The notes: a model not told the origin generated them from the letters alone. Shown: positions 19,587 to 30,434, counted from the first letter of the stretch. The stretch is DNA of 64,000 bases from Patescibacteria group bacterium (GCA_041666485.1 JBAYGW010000003.1:16415-80414), one strand, 5' to 3'. Numbers and translations: made by a program.

Positions 19587-20802
19587 TCGGATTTTTTCTT
19601 GCGGCTTTTGATGCCGGCATTATTCCAAATACTATTCCAACAATGACAGATACGCCAAATGCTAATGCTAGTGAAAAAACAGTTATTAGCGCCGGAATGC
19701 CGTAGTATTTGGTAATCAATTGAGTCACTACGTACGCCAGACCAACTCCTATGAATCCGCCCAGTAAACTCAAGACGCTTGATTCAATTAAGAATTGGAA
19801 TAAAATATTTGAGCCGGACGCTCCCAACGCTTTTCTGATTCCAATTTCTCTTGTTCTCTCTGTTACAGACACCAGCATGATGTTCATAATTCCAATTCCA
19901 CCAACAATTAATGATATTGCGGCTATTCCGACGATTGCATTTGTTAATATTCCAAAAAAATCATCAAAGAGATCCAGCATATCGTCAGTTGTTAATACAG
20001 AAAAATCTTTAATTCCCTTATGCCGCTCCAACATTAAACTGTTGACTGTTTCAACACCAGGAGCGACCGCTTCGGTTGAATTGAAATTAATCATTATTCT
20101 AAAAATATTCAGTGCCTCAAGGGTGTCCTCAGCTGTACTGATTGGAATTGTGTATGCTTCATGCAGGTTCGGCATTTGACTCGTCATCATGTTACTATCG
20201 TCACCTCCGCCGCTTAGGAATCCTACATCAGTTTCCACAACTCCGATTACCTCAAATTCCTCTTCTAACACTTTTACTTTCTGCCCGACTGCTGAACCTT
20301 CAAAGTCACGTTTCGCAGCATCACGGCCAACCAGAATTACTTTCGCCTTGTTTTCAATATCTTCGGCAGAAATATACCTTCCTTCAATGGCTTTGATATC
20401 TACTATTTTGTTCATCTGATCATTTGTTGCTAAAACCATCGGAAGATACGGATTGCCTACTGGAGGGGTCACAGCACTTGGCACAATCATGAGCGGCGCA
20501 ACTGCTTTCACATTTTCCACCTCGCTGATTGCATCCACATCCCCCATTGTTAATGCCGACATACTCATAAATGAAGCTGGATTCATTTCGCCATTAGTGA
20601 TATCTCCCGCAATCACAGCCGCTAAATTTCCGCCTAACGAATCAACTGCACCGGTAAATTCTTGTTTTACCCCGTCTCCAATACTGACTAATGTTATTAC
20701 GGAAAACACTCCAATAATTATGCCAAGCATAGTCAATACGGACCGCATACGATTTGCCCAGATTGCCGATAATGCAAAGCGGATACTTTCTAAAATGTTC
20801 AT
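19564..20802 (-). CDS. ABC transporter permease, MacB/FtsX type
   Basis: N-terminal TM, large periplasmic domain, C-terminal FtsX 3-TM bundle. Confidence 0.8.
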   Translation of the reverse strand: MNILESIRFALSAIWANRMRSVLTMLGIIIGVFSVITLVSIGDGVKQEFTGAVDSLGGNLAAVIAGDITNGEMNPASFMSMSALTMGDVDAISEVENVKAVAPLMIVPSAVTPPVGNPYLPMVLATNDQMNKIVDIKAIEGRYISAEDIENKAKVILVGRDAAKRDFEGSAVGQKVKVLEEEFEVIGVVETDVGFLSGGGDDSNMMTSQMPNLHEAYTIPISTAEDTLEALNIFRIMINFNSTEAVAPGVETVNSLMLERHKGIKDFSVLTTDDMLDLFDDFFGILTNAIVGIAAISLIVGGIGIMNIMLVSVTERTREIGIRKALGASGSNILFQFLIESSVLSLLGGFIGVGLAYVVTQLITKYYGIPALITVFSLALAFGVSVIVGIVFGIMPASKAARKNPIDALRYE

Positions 20803-21485
20803 ACATTTGCTCCTTCCAATTCGCCGTCCACGATTCTTATTGTTTTATTCGCCCACTTCGCTATCTCAGGATCGTGAGTCACTATTAATAATGTCGTCCC
20901 CCTCTGATTGGCCGCTTTCAGCAGTTCCATAATTTCCCTTCCTGTTTTAGTGTCTAAATTACCAGTCGGCTCGTCTGCTAAAATTATTTCCGGTTGATTG
21001 ACTAATGCTCTGGCAATTGCCGCCCTTTGCGCTTCTCCGCCGGAAAGCTCATTCGGTTTATGGTGCATCCGCTCGGTAATTCCAACTGATTTTATGGCAT
21101 CCAATACTTTTTGCTTCCTTTCGGCTCTTGGCTCCTTAGCATAAATCAGTGGAAGCTCAACATTCTTATAAACGGAATACCTCGGCAATAGGTTATAGCT
21201 CTGGAAAATGAATCCGATTTTTTTGCCGCGCATTTTTGGAAATTCTCGTTTGGCAATTTCTAAAATATTTTGTCCGTCCAGTTCATACAAACCGTCCGTC
21301 GGCCAGTCCAACAGGCCGATAATGTTCATCAGAGACGATTTACCAGATCCCGATGGACCCATAAATGCAACAAAATCCCCCTTTTCTATTTCAAGGGAAA
21401 CATGTTTAATTACCGGAAGAAGCCTCTTTTTGCCTATCTGATACGACTTGTCAATTTTATCTAATTTAATTACTGATTTTGGCAT
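20799..21485 (-). CDS. ABC transporter ATP-binding protein (MacB/LolD-like)
   Basis: Walker A GPSGSGKSS, LSGGEAQR signature, Walker B ILADEPTGNLD. Confidence 0.9.
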   Translation of the reverse strand: MPKSVIKLDKIDKSYQIGKKRLLPVIKHVSLEIEKGDFVAFMGPSGSGKSSLMNIIGLLDWPTDGLYELDGQNILEIAKREFPKMRGKKIGFIFQSYNLLPRYSVYKNVELPLIYAKEPRAERKQKVLDAIKSVGITERMHHKPNELSGGEAQRAAIARALVNQPEIILADEPTGNLDTKTGREIMELLKAANQRGTTLLIVTHDPEIAKWANKTIRIVDGELEGANV

Positions 21486-21761
21486 TTATTTATTTCTTTT
21501 AGCTATCAAAAAAATAAAACTAATAAACAAAGTTACGAGTGTAATCAATTCGGCGAACATTATTGACACAGAACTGGTCTGCACAAAGAATATTCTTGAA
21601 ATGTAGTATATTGCGCCAAAAACAATCAGATTCAGAATAACCAAAAATGCAAACTTCATAACTAGTGACATATGCCCTGCCGGAAGCATTCTTTCCGGAT
21701 TACTCTCCTGTTTGTTCAATAACGGGGTTGGCTTATTTTTTTCGTTATTTTTTTCAGCCAT
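21486..21761 (-). CDS. small membrane protein
   Basis: 91 aa, 2 TM, contiguous with ABC genes. Confidence 0.35.
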   Translation of the reverse strand: MAEKNNEKNKPTPLLNKQESNPERMLPAGHMSLVMKFAFLVILNLIVFGAIYYISRIFFVQTSSVSIMFAELITLVTLFISFIFLIAKRNK

Positions 21762-21797
21762 TGAATTATTATTAATGTTTAGCCTTAATATTATAGC

Positions 21798-22718
21798 CTA
21801 TTTGTTCAGCAATTTCAATAATCTCTCACCCACGGAATATGGAACAGTTCTATTTTTTGAAATATACCCCAGAGGCAGTCCCGGTATGCTCTTATTATGG
21901 AAATCGCTGCCGCCTGTAATCTGCAGATTATTGCGTTCCGCAAATTTCAGCAGATTTTTAATATCTTTTACATAATGATCGGAAGCATATGCTTCTATAC
22001 CGTCTAATCCCATTTTTTTTAATGCTAGAAGATTTTTTGACCAAGTTCCTTTTACCGGCCACAGAGATAAATCCGGGGAATATCTTCTGCCTAACGGATG
22101 GGAAATAAACGCATATCCTCCCGCGTCATGAATAAGTTTGATCGCCTGTCCGGCGGAGAGATTCTTTTTTTCCGCATACGCGGCCGCGCTTTTAACCAAA
22201 TATTTTGCAATAAATTGTGAACGGTCAGGTATAAATCCGAAATTTTTGATTAATATTTTATTATTCCTTTTATCAAATATTACTTGATCGGCAAGATGCG
22301 GACGACCGATAATTTTTTCCGCTCTGTTTCTCACTCCGATGTAGCTGACCGCGTAGCCCAGACGGTTCAGGTTTATAATCATCTTTTTAATGCGGGTCAC
22401 TCGGCTATTAATATAAAACTGGCTTGCTCTCTTCATTGCGATGTGGTGATAATCAAATCCGTATCCCAACAAATGTAATTCTTCCCCTTTGAATGTGACT
22501 GTTATTTCAATTCCGGAAATAAATGGAAATCCGTATTGCTTAGCCTTTTTTTCAACATCATGCATGCCGATTGCAGAATCATGATCACAGACCACTAAAA
22601 TTTTTACTCCAGATTTTTTTGCCATACGGAAAAGCTCTGATGGCGTCAATGATCCGTCAGAGTGGATAGAATGCACCTGTAGATCCACTAGTTTCTGTTT
22701 CCTTTTCATTATAATCAT
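21798..22718 (-). CDS. PHP-domain phosphoesterase
   Basis: VDLQVHSIHSDGS PHP motif I. Confidence 0.7.
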   Translation of the reverse strand: MIIMKRKQKLVDLQVHSIHSDGSLTPSELFRMAKKSGVKILVVCDHDSAIGMHDVEKKAKQYGFPFISGIEITVTFKGEELHLLGYGFDYHHIAMKRASQFYINSRVTRIKKMIINLNRLGYAVSYIGVRNRAEKIIGRPHLADQVIFDKRNNKILIKNFGFIPDRSQFIAKYLVKSAAAYAEKKNLSAGQAIKLIHDAGGYAFISHPLGRRYSPDLSLWPVKGTWSKNLLALKKMGLDGIEAYASDHYVKDIKNLLKFAERNNLQITGGSDFHNKSIPGLPLGYISKNRTVPYSVGERLLKLLNK

Positions 22719-22839
22719 TATATCCCATTTTACAGAATAAATCCCGTTAAAAGCTTATGTGTGGTATTAAACTCCGCGTTCTCTATACCTTTGTGTATTC
22801 AGCCCGCAGCGAGATGCGAAGTATCCTGCTTCTAATGGA

Positions 22840-22880
22840 ATAAAAAACCTGCCCAACACGTGAGTTGTGTTTAGACAGGG
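22840..22880 (-). terminator. putative terminator after purH
   Basis: imperfect GC stem CCUGUCUAAACAC/GUGUUGGGCAGG followed by U-run on minus strand. Confidence 0.4.
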
Positions 22881-22907
22881 TCCTTTTGAAAAATGTGCAA
22901 ACGCCCT

Positions 22908-24497
22908 CTAGTGCCAGAACATCCGGCGATCGGTAAAGAGCATCGCGATGCCCAGTTTGTCCGCGGACCTGATTGAATCCTGGTCGCGAATTGAACCGCC
23001 CTGCTGGACGATCGTCTTGACGCCGAACGTGTCCGCCAGGCGCACGCAGTCGTCAAACGGGAAGAAGCTGTCGGACACCAGCACAGCATGGTGCAGATCC
23101 ATATTCTGCGCCTCCATGTTGTTCATGGCCTGCTCCAGAGCAAGCCGTGCCGACTTGATCCGGCTGGTCTGGCCGTTGCCGATGCCGATCGTCTGCCCGT
23201 TCCAGACCACGATGACCGAGTTGGACTTGACGTGCTTTGACACATTGCAGCCGAAACTGATATCCGACCAGTAGCGGTCCTTGACACCGAGCTTGGTGAC
23301 GCACCGGAACGACCTGCAGTCAAACAGCTCGGTGTCCATCAGCTGGACCACCATGCCGCCGGTCACCGGCTTGAAGTTCAGCGTGCCGAACGGCATGCTG
23401 CAGGAAAGCTCCCCACCCAGTTTGAACAGCGGGGTCTCTGCCCTGGCGCGCTTCTTGGTGATGTGTTCCATCGCCTCCGGCGAAAAATCCAGCGCGACGA
23501 TCGCGTCCACCTTCTGCACGCAGATGGTTTCAGCGACTTCCTCCGTCACCTGGAAGTTGAGTACCACCACCCCGCCGAAAGCCGATTCCGGATCGCACGC
23601 CAGTGCGTTCTGGAAAGCCTTCAGCGGACTGAAGCTGTCCATCGCCACTCCGCACGGCGTACCATGCTTGATGATCGCGACTGCGAATTCCGGGGACAGG
23701 TCGCGGACCGTCTCAATGCCGGCATTGATATCCAGCACAGTGGTGGCCGAGAGCGGCTTGCCCCAGATCTGCTTGGCGTTTGCCGCGGTGTAGCAGTTCA
23801 GACCCGGCAGTTCGTAGAACGCACCCGGCTGATGCGGATTCTCACCGTAGCGCAGATCACACTTCTTCTGCAGACGCTGAACCATCCGATCCGGGAAGCT
23901 GGGGAACTCAAGGCGTTCAGCCAGCCAGTCGGAGATCGTGGCGTCATACCACGCAGTGTGAAGAAACGCCTTGTAAGCCAGTTGCAGACGTTCCAGCGCG
24001 TTGAACCCGACATCTTCCGAAAGACACCGAATCACAAAGCCGTACTGCTCTGGTGAAGTGACCACCAGCACATGGCTGTGATTCTTCGCGGCCGCGCGGA
24101 TCAGTGCCACGCCGCCGATATCAATCTGCTCAATCGCGTCCCGAAATGCCACGGTCCGATCAGCCACCGTCTCTTCAAACGGATACAGGTTGACCACGAC
24201 CATGTCAAACGGGTAGATGCTGTGATCAAACAGCTCCTGCATGTGCGCGTCGCTGTCCTGATCCGCCAGGATCCCGCCGTGGATCTTCGGATGCAGAGTC
24301 TTCACCCTGCCACCCAGAATTTCCGGGAAACCGGTCACCTCCTCTACCGTTCGCACGGGAATTCCGGCTTCCACCAGGTGTCTGGACGTTCCGCCGGAAG
24401 ATACAATCTCCCAGCCATGTTCAAACAGCACGGTGGCAAGCTCAACAATGCCGCGCTTGTCGGACACGCTGATCAGAGCGCGCTGATTTGCTCGCAT
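22908..24497 (-). CDS. purH: bifunctional AICAR transformylase / IMP cyclohydrolase
   Basis: ALISVSDKRGIVELA (MGS domain), GGTSRHLVEAGIPV, KTLHPKIHGGIL; AAAGGAG RBS at chosen start; gene conspicuously GC-rich. Confidence 0.9.
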   Translation of the reverse strand: MRANQRALISVSDKRGIVELATVLFEHGWEIVSSGGTSRHLVEAGIPVRTVEEVTGFPEILGGRVKTLHPKIHGGILADQDSDAHMQELFDHSIYPFDMVVVNLYPFEETVADRTVAFRDAIEQIDIGGVALIRAAAKNHSHVLVVTSPEQYGFVIRCLSEDVGFNALERLQLAYKAFLHTAWYDATISDWLAERLEFPSFPDRMVQRLQKKCDLRYGENPHQPGAFYELPGLNCYTAANAKQIWGKPLSATTVLDINAGIETVRDLSPEFAVAIIKHGTPCGVAMDSFSPLKAFQNALACDPESAFGGVVVLNFQVTEEVAETICVQKVDAIVALDFSPEAMEHITKKRARAETPLFKLGGELSCSMPFGTLNFKPVTGGMVVQLMDTELFDCRSFRCVTKLGVKDRYWSDISFGCNVSKHVKSNSVIVVWNGQTIGIGNGQTSRIKSARLALEQAMNNMEAQNMDLHHAVLVSDSFFPFDDCVRLADTFGVKTIVQQGGSIRDQDSIRSADKLGIAMLFTDRRMFWH

Positions 24498-24589
24498 TTC
24501 TGCTCCTTTCGTGGCAAACCGTGAAGCTTTCACCGCAAACAACCGTTTGGGAAACGGTTTTTTAACTTATCACTCCGACTGACGCAAGT

Positions 24590-24618
24590 CAAATCAAAAA
24601 CGGGTGACTTTCACCCGC
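24590..24618 (-). terminator. rho-independent terminator after doxX-like gene
   Basis: GCGGGTGA…TCACCCG stem followed by TTTTTGATTT on minus strand. Confidence 0.55.
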
Positions 24619-24641
24619 ATTTAATTATGAATGAATATGTC

Positions 24642-25145
24642 CTATTTTGACCGAATCCATTTATCTAGACTGAACCGATTTTTATGGCTTAAAGTGACCA
24701 GGCCAGCCATAACCATAAACAGCAAATCTCTGACATATGTGCTCCAATCCAGAGCGCTTTCGGAATTGAAACACCCGCAGGCAATCAATCCGCCACGGTA
24801 CAGGGTAATTAGGATGGCGATCATAAAACTAAAAAGCATCAGATTAATAATCGTCACGCTGAATCTCGTAAACAATCCTATAACAACCGCAAACCCGAAT
24901 ATCAGTTCAACCCAGGGCAACGCGTAGCCATACCATGTTTCCAGCGGATCGGGCAGAACATTATACTGCCGGACGGTTGCCATGAATTCATCCGGCGCCG
25001 GAATTTTTGACATAGCCGCCATTATAAATACCACGCCCAGTAATATCCGTAGGATCATAGTTGCATAATCATTCACAAATATTTTATTCATTCCAGCTAC
25101 CACTTTTTGATACATTGACTTTTTTTGTAAGTTTGTTTCTTCCAT
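24642..25145 (-). CDS. DoxX/MauE-family membrane protein
   Basis: 4 TM; CGCF motif. Confidence 0.55.
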   Translation of the reverse strand: MEETNLQKKSMYQKVVAGMNKIFVNDYATMILRILLGVVFIMAAMSKIPAPDEFMATVRQYNVLPDPLETWYGYALPWVELIFGFAVVIGLFTRFSVTIINLMLFSFMIAILITLYRGGLIACGCFNSESALDWSTYVRDLLFMVMAGLVTLSHKNRFSLDKWIRSK

Positions 25146-25171
25146 TAATCCTGCTTTCTAGTGATGAATAC

Positions 25172-25936
25172 TTAATTAATTTTATTGAGCCATTTGATTA
25201 TGCCATTCGCCATTTGTTTTGAATCTCTATCCTGATGAAGCGTGTGCCCGGCATTTTTAATCACTATCCTATTCTTTATTTTAGTATTTAAATCATAATA
25301 AAATTTTCTATTCAATTTCAAAATCCGCGGATCCTCAGCTGAACCGTATATTTGTAATACTGGGCAGTTTATTTTCCTAACATGCATTGGCATATTATAT
25401 TTTTTTGATTCATTATAAACTGCAACCCCTATTTTAACCTGCTTTTTTTGAATTCTGGAGTATTCAAAAGCCCAACCTTGTTTTAATAGCAAAGCAAAAT
25501 TATCTCTCATTTCAAAAACAGCCAGCAAATCGTATGTTGGACTTTGCAGGATCAACCTACTAATGCGCCGATCACGACTTGCAATAATTACTGCGGCTGT
25601 ACCGCCGATTGAATAACCGATAAGAATATATTGCTTTCTTTTTAAATGCTTTAAAACATATGAAACTACCAGCTTAATATCCTGAACGTATCCTCCAACA
25701 GTAAAATCAACCAGCTTTCCTTCGCTTTTTCCTGTACTGTTCGTCGCATCCAAACGAACTGTAGAATACCCTTCTTCTCTTAACTTGCGCGCTACTTTAA
25801 CAACCTGCGGAGTTCCGCCGAATGACCGAAAACCGTGGCAAAGGATTACTAATGGTCCGGGAGACTTACCTCTCCATTCCAAAACGGCATAAATTGTTTT
25901 GCCTTTTTCATTCTTAATTCTGATTTCTTCTTTCAC
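25172..25936 (-). CDS. alpha/beta-fold hydrolase
   Basis: HG oxyanion region, GYSIGG nucleophile elbow. Confidence 0.7.
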   Translation of the reverse strand: MKEEIRIKNEKGKTIYAVLEWRGKSPGPLVILCHGFRSFGGTPQVVKVARKLREEGYSTVRLDATNSTGKSEGKLVDFTVGGYVQDIKLVVSYVLKHLKRKQYILIGYSIGGTAAVIIASRDRRISRLILQSPTYDLLAVFEMRDNFALLLKQGWAFEYSRIQKKQVKIGVAVYNESKKYNMPMHVRKINCPVLQIYGSAEDPRILKLNRKFYYDLNTKIKNRIVIKNAGHTLHQDRDSKQMANGIIKWLNKIN

Positions 25937-25937
25937 A

Positions 25938-26408
25938 CTATGTCCTGTCCAAAATAATTTTTATATCCTCTGATGCCTTCGGTAAAAAACGCGATTGGAG
26001 ATAATGGCAAGTGATTTCCTCATCCAGATCCTGGTTGATGGCACGATTACCCAGACGATGTACGCCGTCCACCACCAAATATATTTCTTTCTCCGGATAA
26101 TATAGAACCAATATATCCCCCGCCGGCACGTCATCGTAATCATAAAAACTTTTGAAGTGGTCTTCATTAACCTTGGTCTGTGCCAGTGCATAAACATCCT
26201 TCAGCCTGACCGGTAAGTACTCATCATCTTTGCCCGCCTCTTCAAAAGCGTTAGTAATAATTCCGCACTTCTGGTATCGTGGCAAATAGTACTCCATAAT
26301 GTCGGATACTTTCTTTTTTTCTGAAAATTCCCGCTTGCCGAAAAACAACCAGGTCTTTTTTATCCGTACACGGATGTCTTTGCTGTATTTTTCCAGAAAG
26401 TCTGACAT
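25938..26408 (-). CDS. ParB/Srx-superfamily (DGxHR motif) protein
   Basis: LVVDGVHRLGN resembles DGQHR/ParB-N motif. Confidence 0.35.
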   Translation of the reverse strand: MSDFLEKYSKDIRVRIKKTWLFFGKREFSEKKKVSDIMEYYLPRYQKCGIITNAFEEAGKDDEYLPVRLKDVYALAQTKVNEDHFKSFYDYDDVPAGDILVLYYPEKEIYLVVDGVHRLGNRAINQDLDEEITCHYLQSRFLPKASEDIKIILDRT

Positions 26409-26537
26409 GCAATAAGTATAGCAATTCCCCGGGTAAAAACAATTCTGGCTTAGATTTTAAAGACCATCTTTGTGTGTTATGCTAGAGGGGTGTAAGGGTG
26501 TAATAGCATTAATTTAAGTAAATCAGAGCAAAAAACC

Positions 26538-27527
26538 ATGAATCTGGATAAGATCTATACAATACTGGCAGACCAGCCGAAATACCGGATAGAACAGGCT
26601 AACGAAGCCATTTTTAAACTACTCATAAACAATTGGGATGGGGCGACAAACTTCCCGAAGGAAATCAGAGAAAAACTGAACCGAGAGTGCCCGCTGGAAA
26701 TAAAAGGTGAACTTTTTGCCTCCAAAGACAATAAAACCAGCAAAGCGCTGATTACACTGGAAGACGGCCAGCAGATTGAAACTGTTCTACTGATTCACAA
26801 AGACGGTCGGCATACAGTATGTGTTTCCACTCAAGCCGGTTGTCCGATGGGGTGCACTTTCTGTGCCACCGGAAAGCTAGGACTCAAAAGAAATCTGAAG
26901 GCGGAAGAAATATTGGCACAGGTACTTTTTTTCTCCAGGATTTTGAAACCGAAGAATGAACGCGTGTCCAACGTAGTTTTCATGGGTATGGGCGAACCGT
27001 TCCTGAATTATGACAATACACTTTCGGCAATCAACTATTTGAATAAAGACTTAGGTATCGGTGCCCGCCGTATCTCCATATCCACCTGCGGAGTAATCCC
27101 GGGGATAGAAAAATTAGCAAAAGAAAAATTACAGCTAAACCTTGCCGTATCGTTGCACGCGCCCAATCAGGAACTGCGTAATAAACTGATGCCGGTCAGC
27201 AAGCATGTTGCTTTAGAAAAACTGCTTTCAGCCGTGGACGACTATATTGCCAAAACCGGCAGACGGGTTATGTTTGAATATTTGATGATCAAGGGTGTAA
27301 ATGATAAAATTGAGTACGCAAAGCAACTGGCCGTGCTGATGGATAAACCTCTTCACATGGTAAACCTGATCGCCTACAACCCTACGGACGTTTTCAAACC
27401 TTCGGACCGGAAAACAATAGAAGCATTCAAAGAAGTTTTGGAAAAAGCGGGTGTTACCGTTACCCAGCGCTACAGTTTCGGTCAGGATATCAACGCTGCC
27501 TGTGGACAGTTGGCTAATAAAAAGTAA
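26538..27527 (+). CDS. rlmN: 23S rRNA/tRNA A2503-C2 methyltransferase (radical SAM)
   Basis: CPMGCTFCATG radical-SAM cluster motif, RlmN-like flanks. Confidence 0.88.
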   Translation: MNLDKIYTILADQPKYRIEQANEAIFKLLINNWDGATNFPKEIREKLNRECPLEIKGELFASKDNKTSKALITLEDGQQIETVLLIHKDGRHTVCVSTQAGCPMGCTFCATGKLGLKRNLKAEEILAQVLFFSRILKPKNERVSNVVFMGMGEPFLNYDNTLSAINYLNKDLGIGARRISISTCGVIPGIEKLAKEKLQLNLAVSLHAPNQELRNKLMPVSKHVALEKLLSAVDDYIAKTGRRVMFEYLMIKGVNDKIEYAKQLAVLMDKPLHMVNLIAYNPTDVFKPSDRKTIEAFKEVLEKAGVTVTQRYSFGQDINAACGQLANKK

Positions 27528-27645
27528 CTCAAGAGAATGATTAATATCTTGAATAAATATTTATTCACATGACTAATTCCATATTTTGTCTAAATTGGGT
27601 AAAATGTAACTATTGGAAAATATATATAATTAATTATCTAATAAA

Positions 27646-28602
27646 ATGATTAAAGAACCAACTCCAGGATTGGAGCAATCAAGAGAATTAATAGAAGAAC
27701 AAGGCCACAACACCAGTGTTCATTTTACATTTGTCCGTCATTCGCAGAAATCATCAGGTCAAGTTTTTGCAGAAGGTGGCAAGGGAATATCGCGATCAAG
27801 TATTTCCGAAGGAGGAAGACAGCGGGCAGAAGTTTATGGACGAGATCAAATGTCCAGTCGAAGAATAAATAAAGCTTATGCTACTAAAGTAGATAGAACA
27901 AAAGAAACATTAAATTATGCTTTTCAGGCAGCAGAAATAAATCCAGATATTCTACAAAAATCAGATAGCTCACAATCTTTCTTCTCACTGCCCGCTTTAT
28001 CGGGCAGTACAGAATTTAATAGACGTTATGATGCTATTATGCTTCCCGAAAGACAAAAATTTATTGACGGGCATTATCCGGGGAGGCAATTTAGTGAACT
28101 GACGCCAGATGAGCAAGAGGTAGCCGCAGAATACGCCGAGGAACCGGCCCTAGAATGGTATCTTTCATATAATAATGAACGACCCGATGAAGAAACACCA
28201 AGCCCGCGTGAACAGGCCGCCTCTGTTGCCTTCAAACTAAATCGACTCGTTAATTTAACGGATTTCATGCCAAATGGCAAAGAATTGGACCTTGTCAGTT
28301 CAGGACATAAAACATCTACTGAAGCATTGCTAAAATATATTATAGAACGACAAGAAAATGGCGAAGTAGTAGTGGGATTTGAAAGCTTGGAACAAATAGG
28401 TGGAAGTTTAAAGATTCTAGATAGCTGGGATTTATATGTTCAAAATGATGAAGGTGGAGAAAAGCATATCATGATGGTGTTGAGACGGGAAAATGGTGAA
28501 ACGCAGGAATATGGACTAAACAGTTCTATTCTAAATGAATTGGCAAAAGAATACATTGAGGCCAGCAGTTTGAAGCCTAAGAAAATAGACTCATTACAAT
28601 AA
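27646..28602 (+). CDS. hypothetical protein, possible histidine-phosphatase (PGAM-like) fold
   Basis: FTFVRHSQ…ISEGGRQRAEVYG and SSGHKTSTEALL resemble RHG…/second His region; weak. Confidence 0.4.
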   Translation: MIKEPTPGLEQSRELIEEQGHNTSVHFTFVRHSQKSSGQVFAEGGKGISRSSISEGGRQRAEVYGRDQMSSRRINKAYATKVDRTKETLNYAFQAAEINPDILQKSDSSQSFFSLPALSGSTEFNRRYDAIMLPERQKFIDGHYPGRQFSELTPDEQEVAAEYAEEPALEWYLSYNNERPDEETPSPREQAASVAFKLNRLVNLTDFMPNGKELDLVSSGHKTSTEALLKYIIERQENGEVVVGFESLEQIGGSLKILDSWDLYVQNDEGGEKHIMMVLRRENGETQEYGLNSSILNELAKEYIEASSLKPKKIDSLQ

Positions 28603-28606
28603 AGCT

Positions 28607-28936
28607 ATGGCAAAAATATTACTTACCGGCATAGGCGCCAGCCCAGGATATGTAGAAGGCACTGCACGACTATTTCATTCTGGCGATGAACTATTATCAT
28701 TTCATGATGGTGATATTTTAGTAACTATAATAACCGATCCAACCATGGTGACCGCGATGGTAAAAGCATCGGCAATAATTACAGATATCGGTGGTATTAC
28801 ATCCCACCCCGCAATCCTGAGTCGTGAAATGGGTATACCTTGTATTGTTAATACGAAGGAGGCAACAAAGATAATAAGAGATGGCATGCATATTAGTGTT
28901 GATGGTCAAAAAGGAGAAATTTATGTCCTGGATTAA
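28607..28936 (+). CDS. standalone PEP-utilising-enzyme mobile (phosphohistidine swivel) domain protein
   Basis: DIGGITSHPAILSREMGIPCIV matches GGxTSHAAIxARExGIPxVVG. Confidence 0.72.
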   Translation: MAKILLTGIGASPGYVEGTARLFHSGDELLSFHDGDILVTIITDPTMVTAMVKASAIITDIGGITSHPAILSREMGIPCIVNTKEATKIIRDGMHISVDGQKGEIYVLD

Positions 28937-29990
28937 TGAGTTTACAAAATCAGCATCAAGTTTGTTTAAAGGTCAGATACTAGCAGGTTTCCAACCGCTT
29001 GATTTTAGTCACTTTCTTCCACTTTGGTATGCTCTATGGATTACTAATATTGCGCATACAATTAAAATACTGGACTTAGAATCAAAACATTTTGATGAAA
29101 TCAATGAAATACTTCCACCACCTTCCAACATGAGGGCAATTCTGGTAAAACTTATTCCCGCTTATTATGCTAATCCCACAAAAAATAAGAAGGATTACAA
29201 CATAGTAGCAAATTTTTTTGCGCGAATGCTTAAAGAATGCTGCCCAAATGATCCATTTGCTCTTAAATCAAATACCATTCATACAAGCACGGAAATTATT
29301 TCCCTTGTATCCAATATAAACTGGAATAATGCCGATATTCAAAGTGCGCGAAAAGTTGGCCAACTTATCACTGCAACCGGGTCACTTGTTCATGGTTTAT
29401 ATAACGACCTTGTAACGGATCTCGGCTGGGAAGTATATGGTCCATATATTTCAACAATAAAGCAAACATTACTAATACGTCTTTTCCCCAATCTCCAACC
29501 AAAAGAGCTATGGCCAGAAAAGTATTTAGCCAGCATGAAAGAAATTACTATCTATGCCACTTATGAAGATGTTGAATGGAATATTTCTTTTGTTGGCTGT
29601 CATACAATTTCTAATGGAAAAAGCCCAGTTGAAGGCATGACAAAATACGCAATTTACGGGGATGGAAAAAAATTAAATCTAATCAATACAGAAAATCTTA
29701 TTGATGAATTATCAAAGAAAGCAACAGATATTTATAGCAACATAAATAGTATGTCCTCTGAGAACCTTAAATTATTGGTTATGAGGCAAGAATGCTATCA
29801 ACTTAAATTATTGTTTGATGAAGCGGGAATCGATTGGCAGCCGACCGCTGAAATGATAGAAGTAGTTAAAAGCAAGCAAATTTTGCATGGAGTATTTCCG
29901 CGTGATAAATTTATTGAATCAACAGAGGAATTTAAGAAAATATTTGGCATTGATGTTTTTGAAAAAGAAATTCTGAATATTTTAAATTAA
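28921..29990 (+). CDS. hypothetical protein (356 aa), translationally coupled to swivel-domain gene
   Basis: AGGAG RBS; 16-nt overlap with upstream stop. Confidence 0.45.
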
Positions 29991-30001
29991 TTTATAAACA
30001 T

Positions 30002-30427
30002 ATGACCAAAGCACAAATCAAGGGACATCAAGTTGTTTGTTCCGCGTTTATAGAAAGAAATAAAAGGTTTTTGATTGTCATGGATCCCAAATTCAAAGTT
30101 TGGCGGGTTCCCGGAGGCAGACCGGAGCACGGTGAAAAGCTTGAAGATACTTTGATACGAGAAATGCAGGAAGAAACAGGTATAACATTTTCCGACCCCA
30201 AATTCATCGGCTTTGGCCAGGATCAGCAGTTTAAAGTGGATGATAAACTGGAAACATCGCGTTTGATTATGTATTTTCATGTGCATACCGACCAGGAACC
30301 GGTGCTTGACCCGAACGAAGCAGAACAGCACAAATGGGTTACGCTTGACGAACTCAAGGAAATAGATTTAGATAACAAGGAAGGGGCGCTTACCGATTTT
30401 TTTAATCGTAATCCGAATTTTAAATAA
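30002..30427 (+). CDS. NUDIX hydrolase
   Basis: Nudix box GGRPEHGEKLEDTLIREMQEETGI. Confidence 0.8.
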   Translation: MTKAQIKGHQVVCSAFIERNKRFLIVMDPKFKVWRVPGGRPEHGEKLEDTLIREMQEETGITFSDPKFIGFGQDQQFKVDDKLETSRLIMYFHVHTDQEPVLDPNEAEQHKWVTLDELKEIDLDNKEGALTDFFNRNPNFK

Positions 30428-30434
30428 AACATTT

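Noticed and set aside
22948-24524. Numerous 60-200 aa ORFs on both strands inside purH
   Set aside because: They are typical stop-codon-poor shadow ORFs of a GC-rich gene. The PurH frame has full-length homology.
24498-24590. Possible ZTP (pfl) or purine riboswitch in the purH leader
   Set aside because: The leader has hairpins, but I could not find the conserved ZTP elements (GGGUCGUGAC… / CCGCCUGGGCA) or a purine-riboswitch core. It is probably just a terminator of the upstream gene plus an RBS.
28074-28280. 68-aa antisense ORF in the PGAM-like gene
   Set aside because: There is no support, and it overlaps the coding frame of a longer ORF within an operon.
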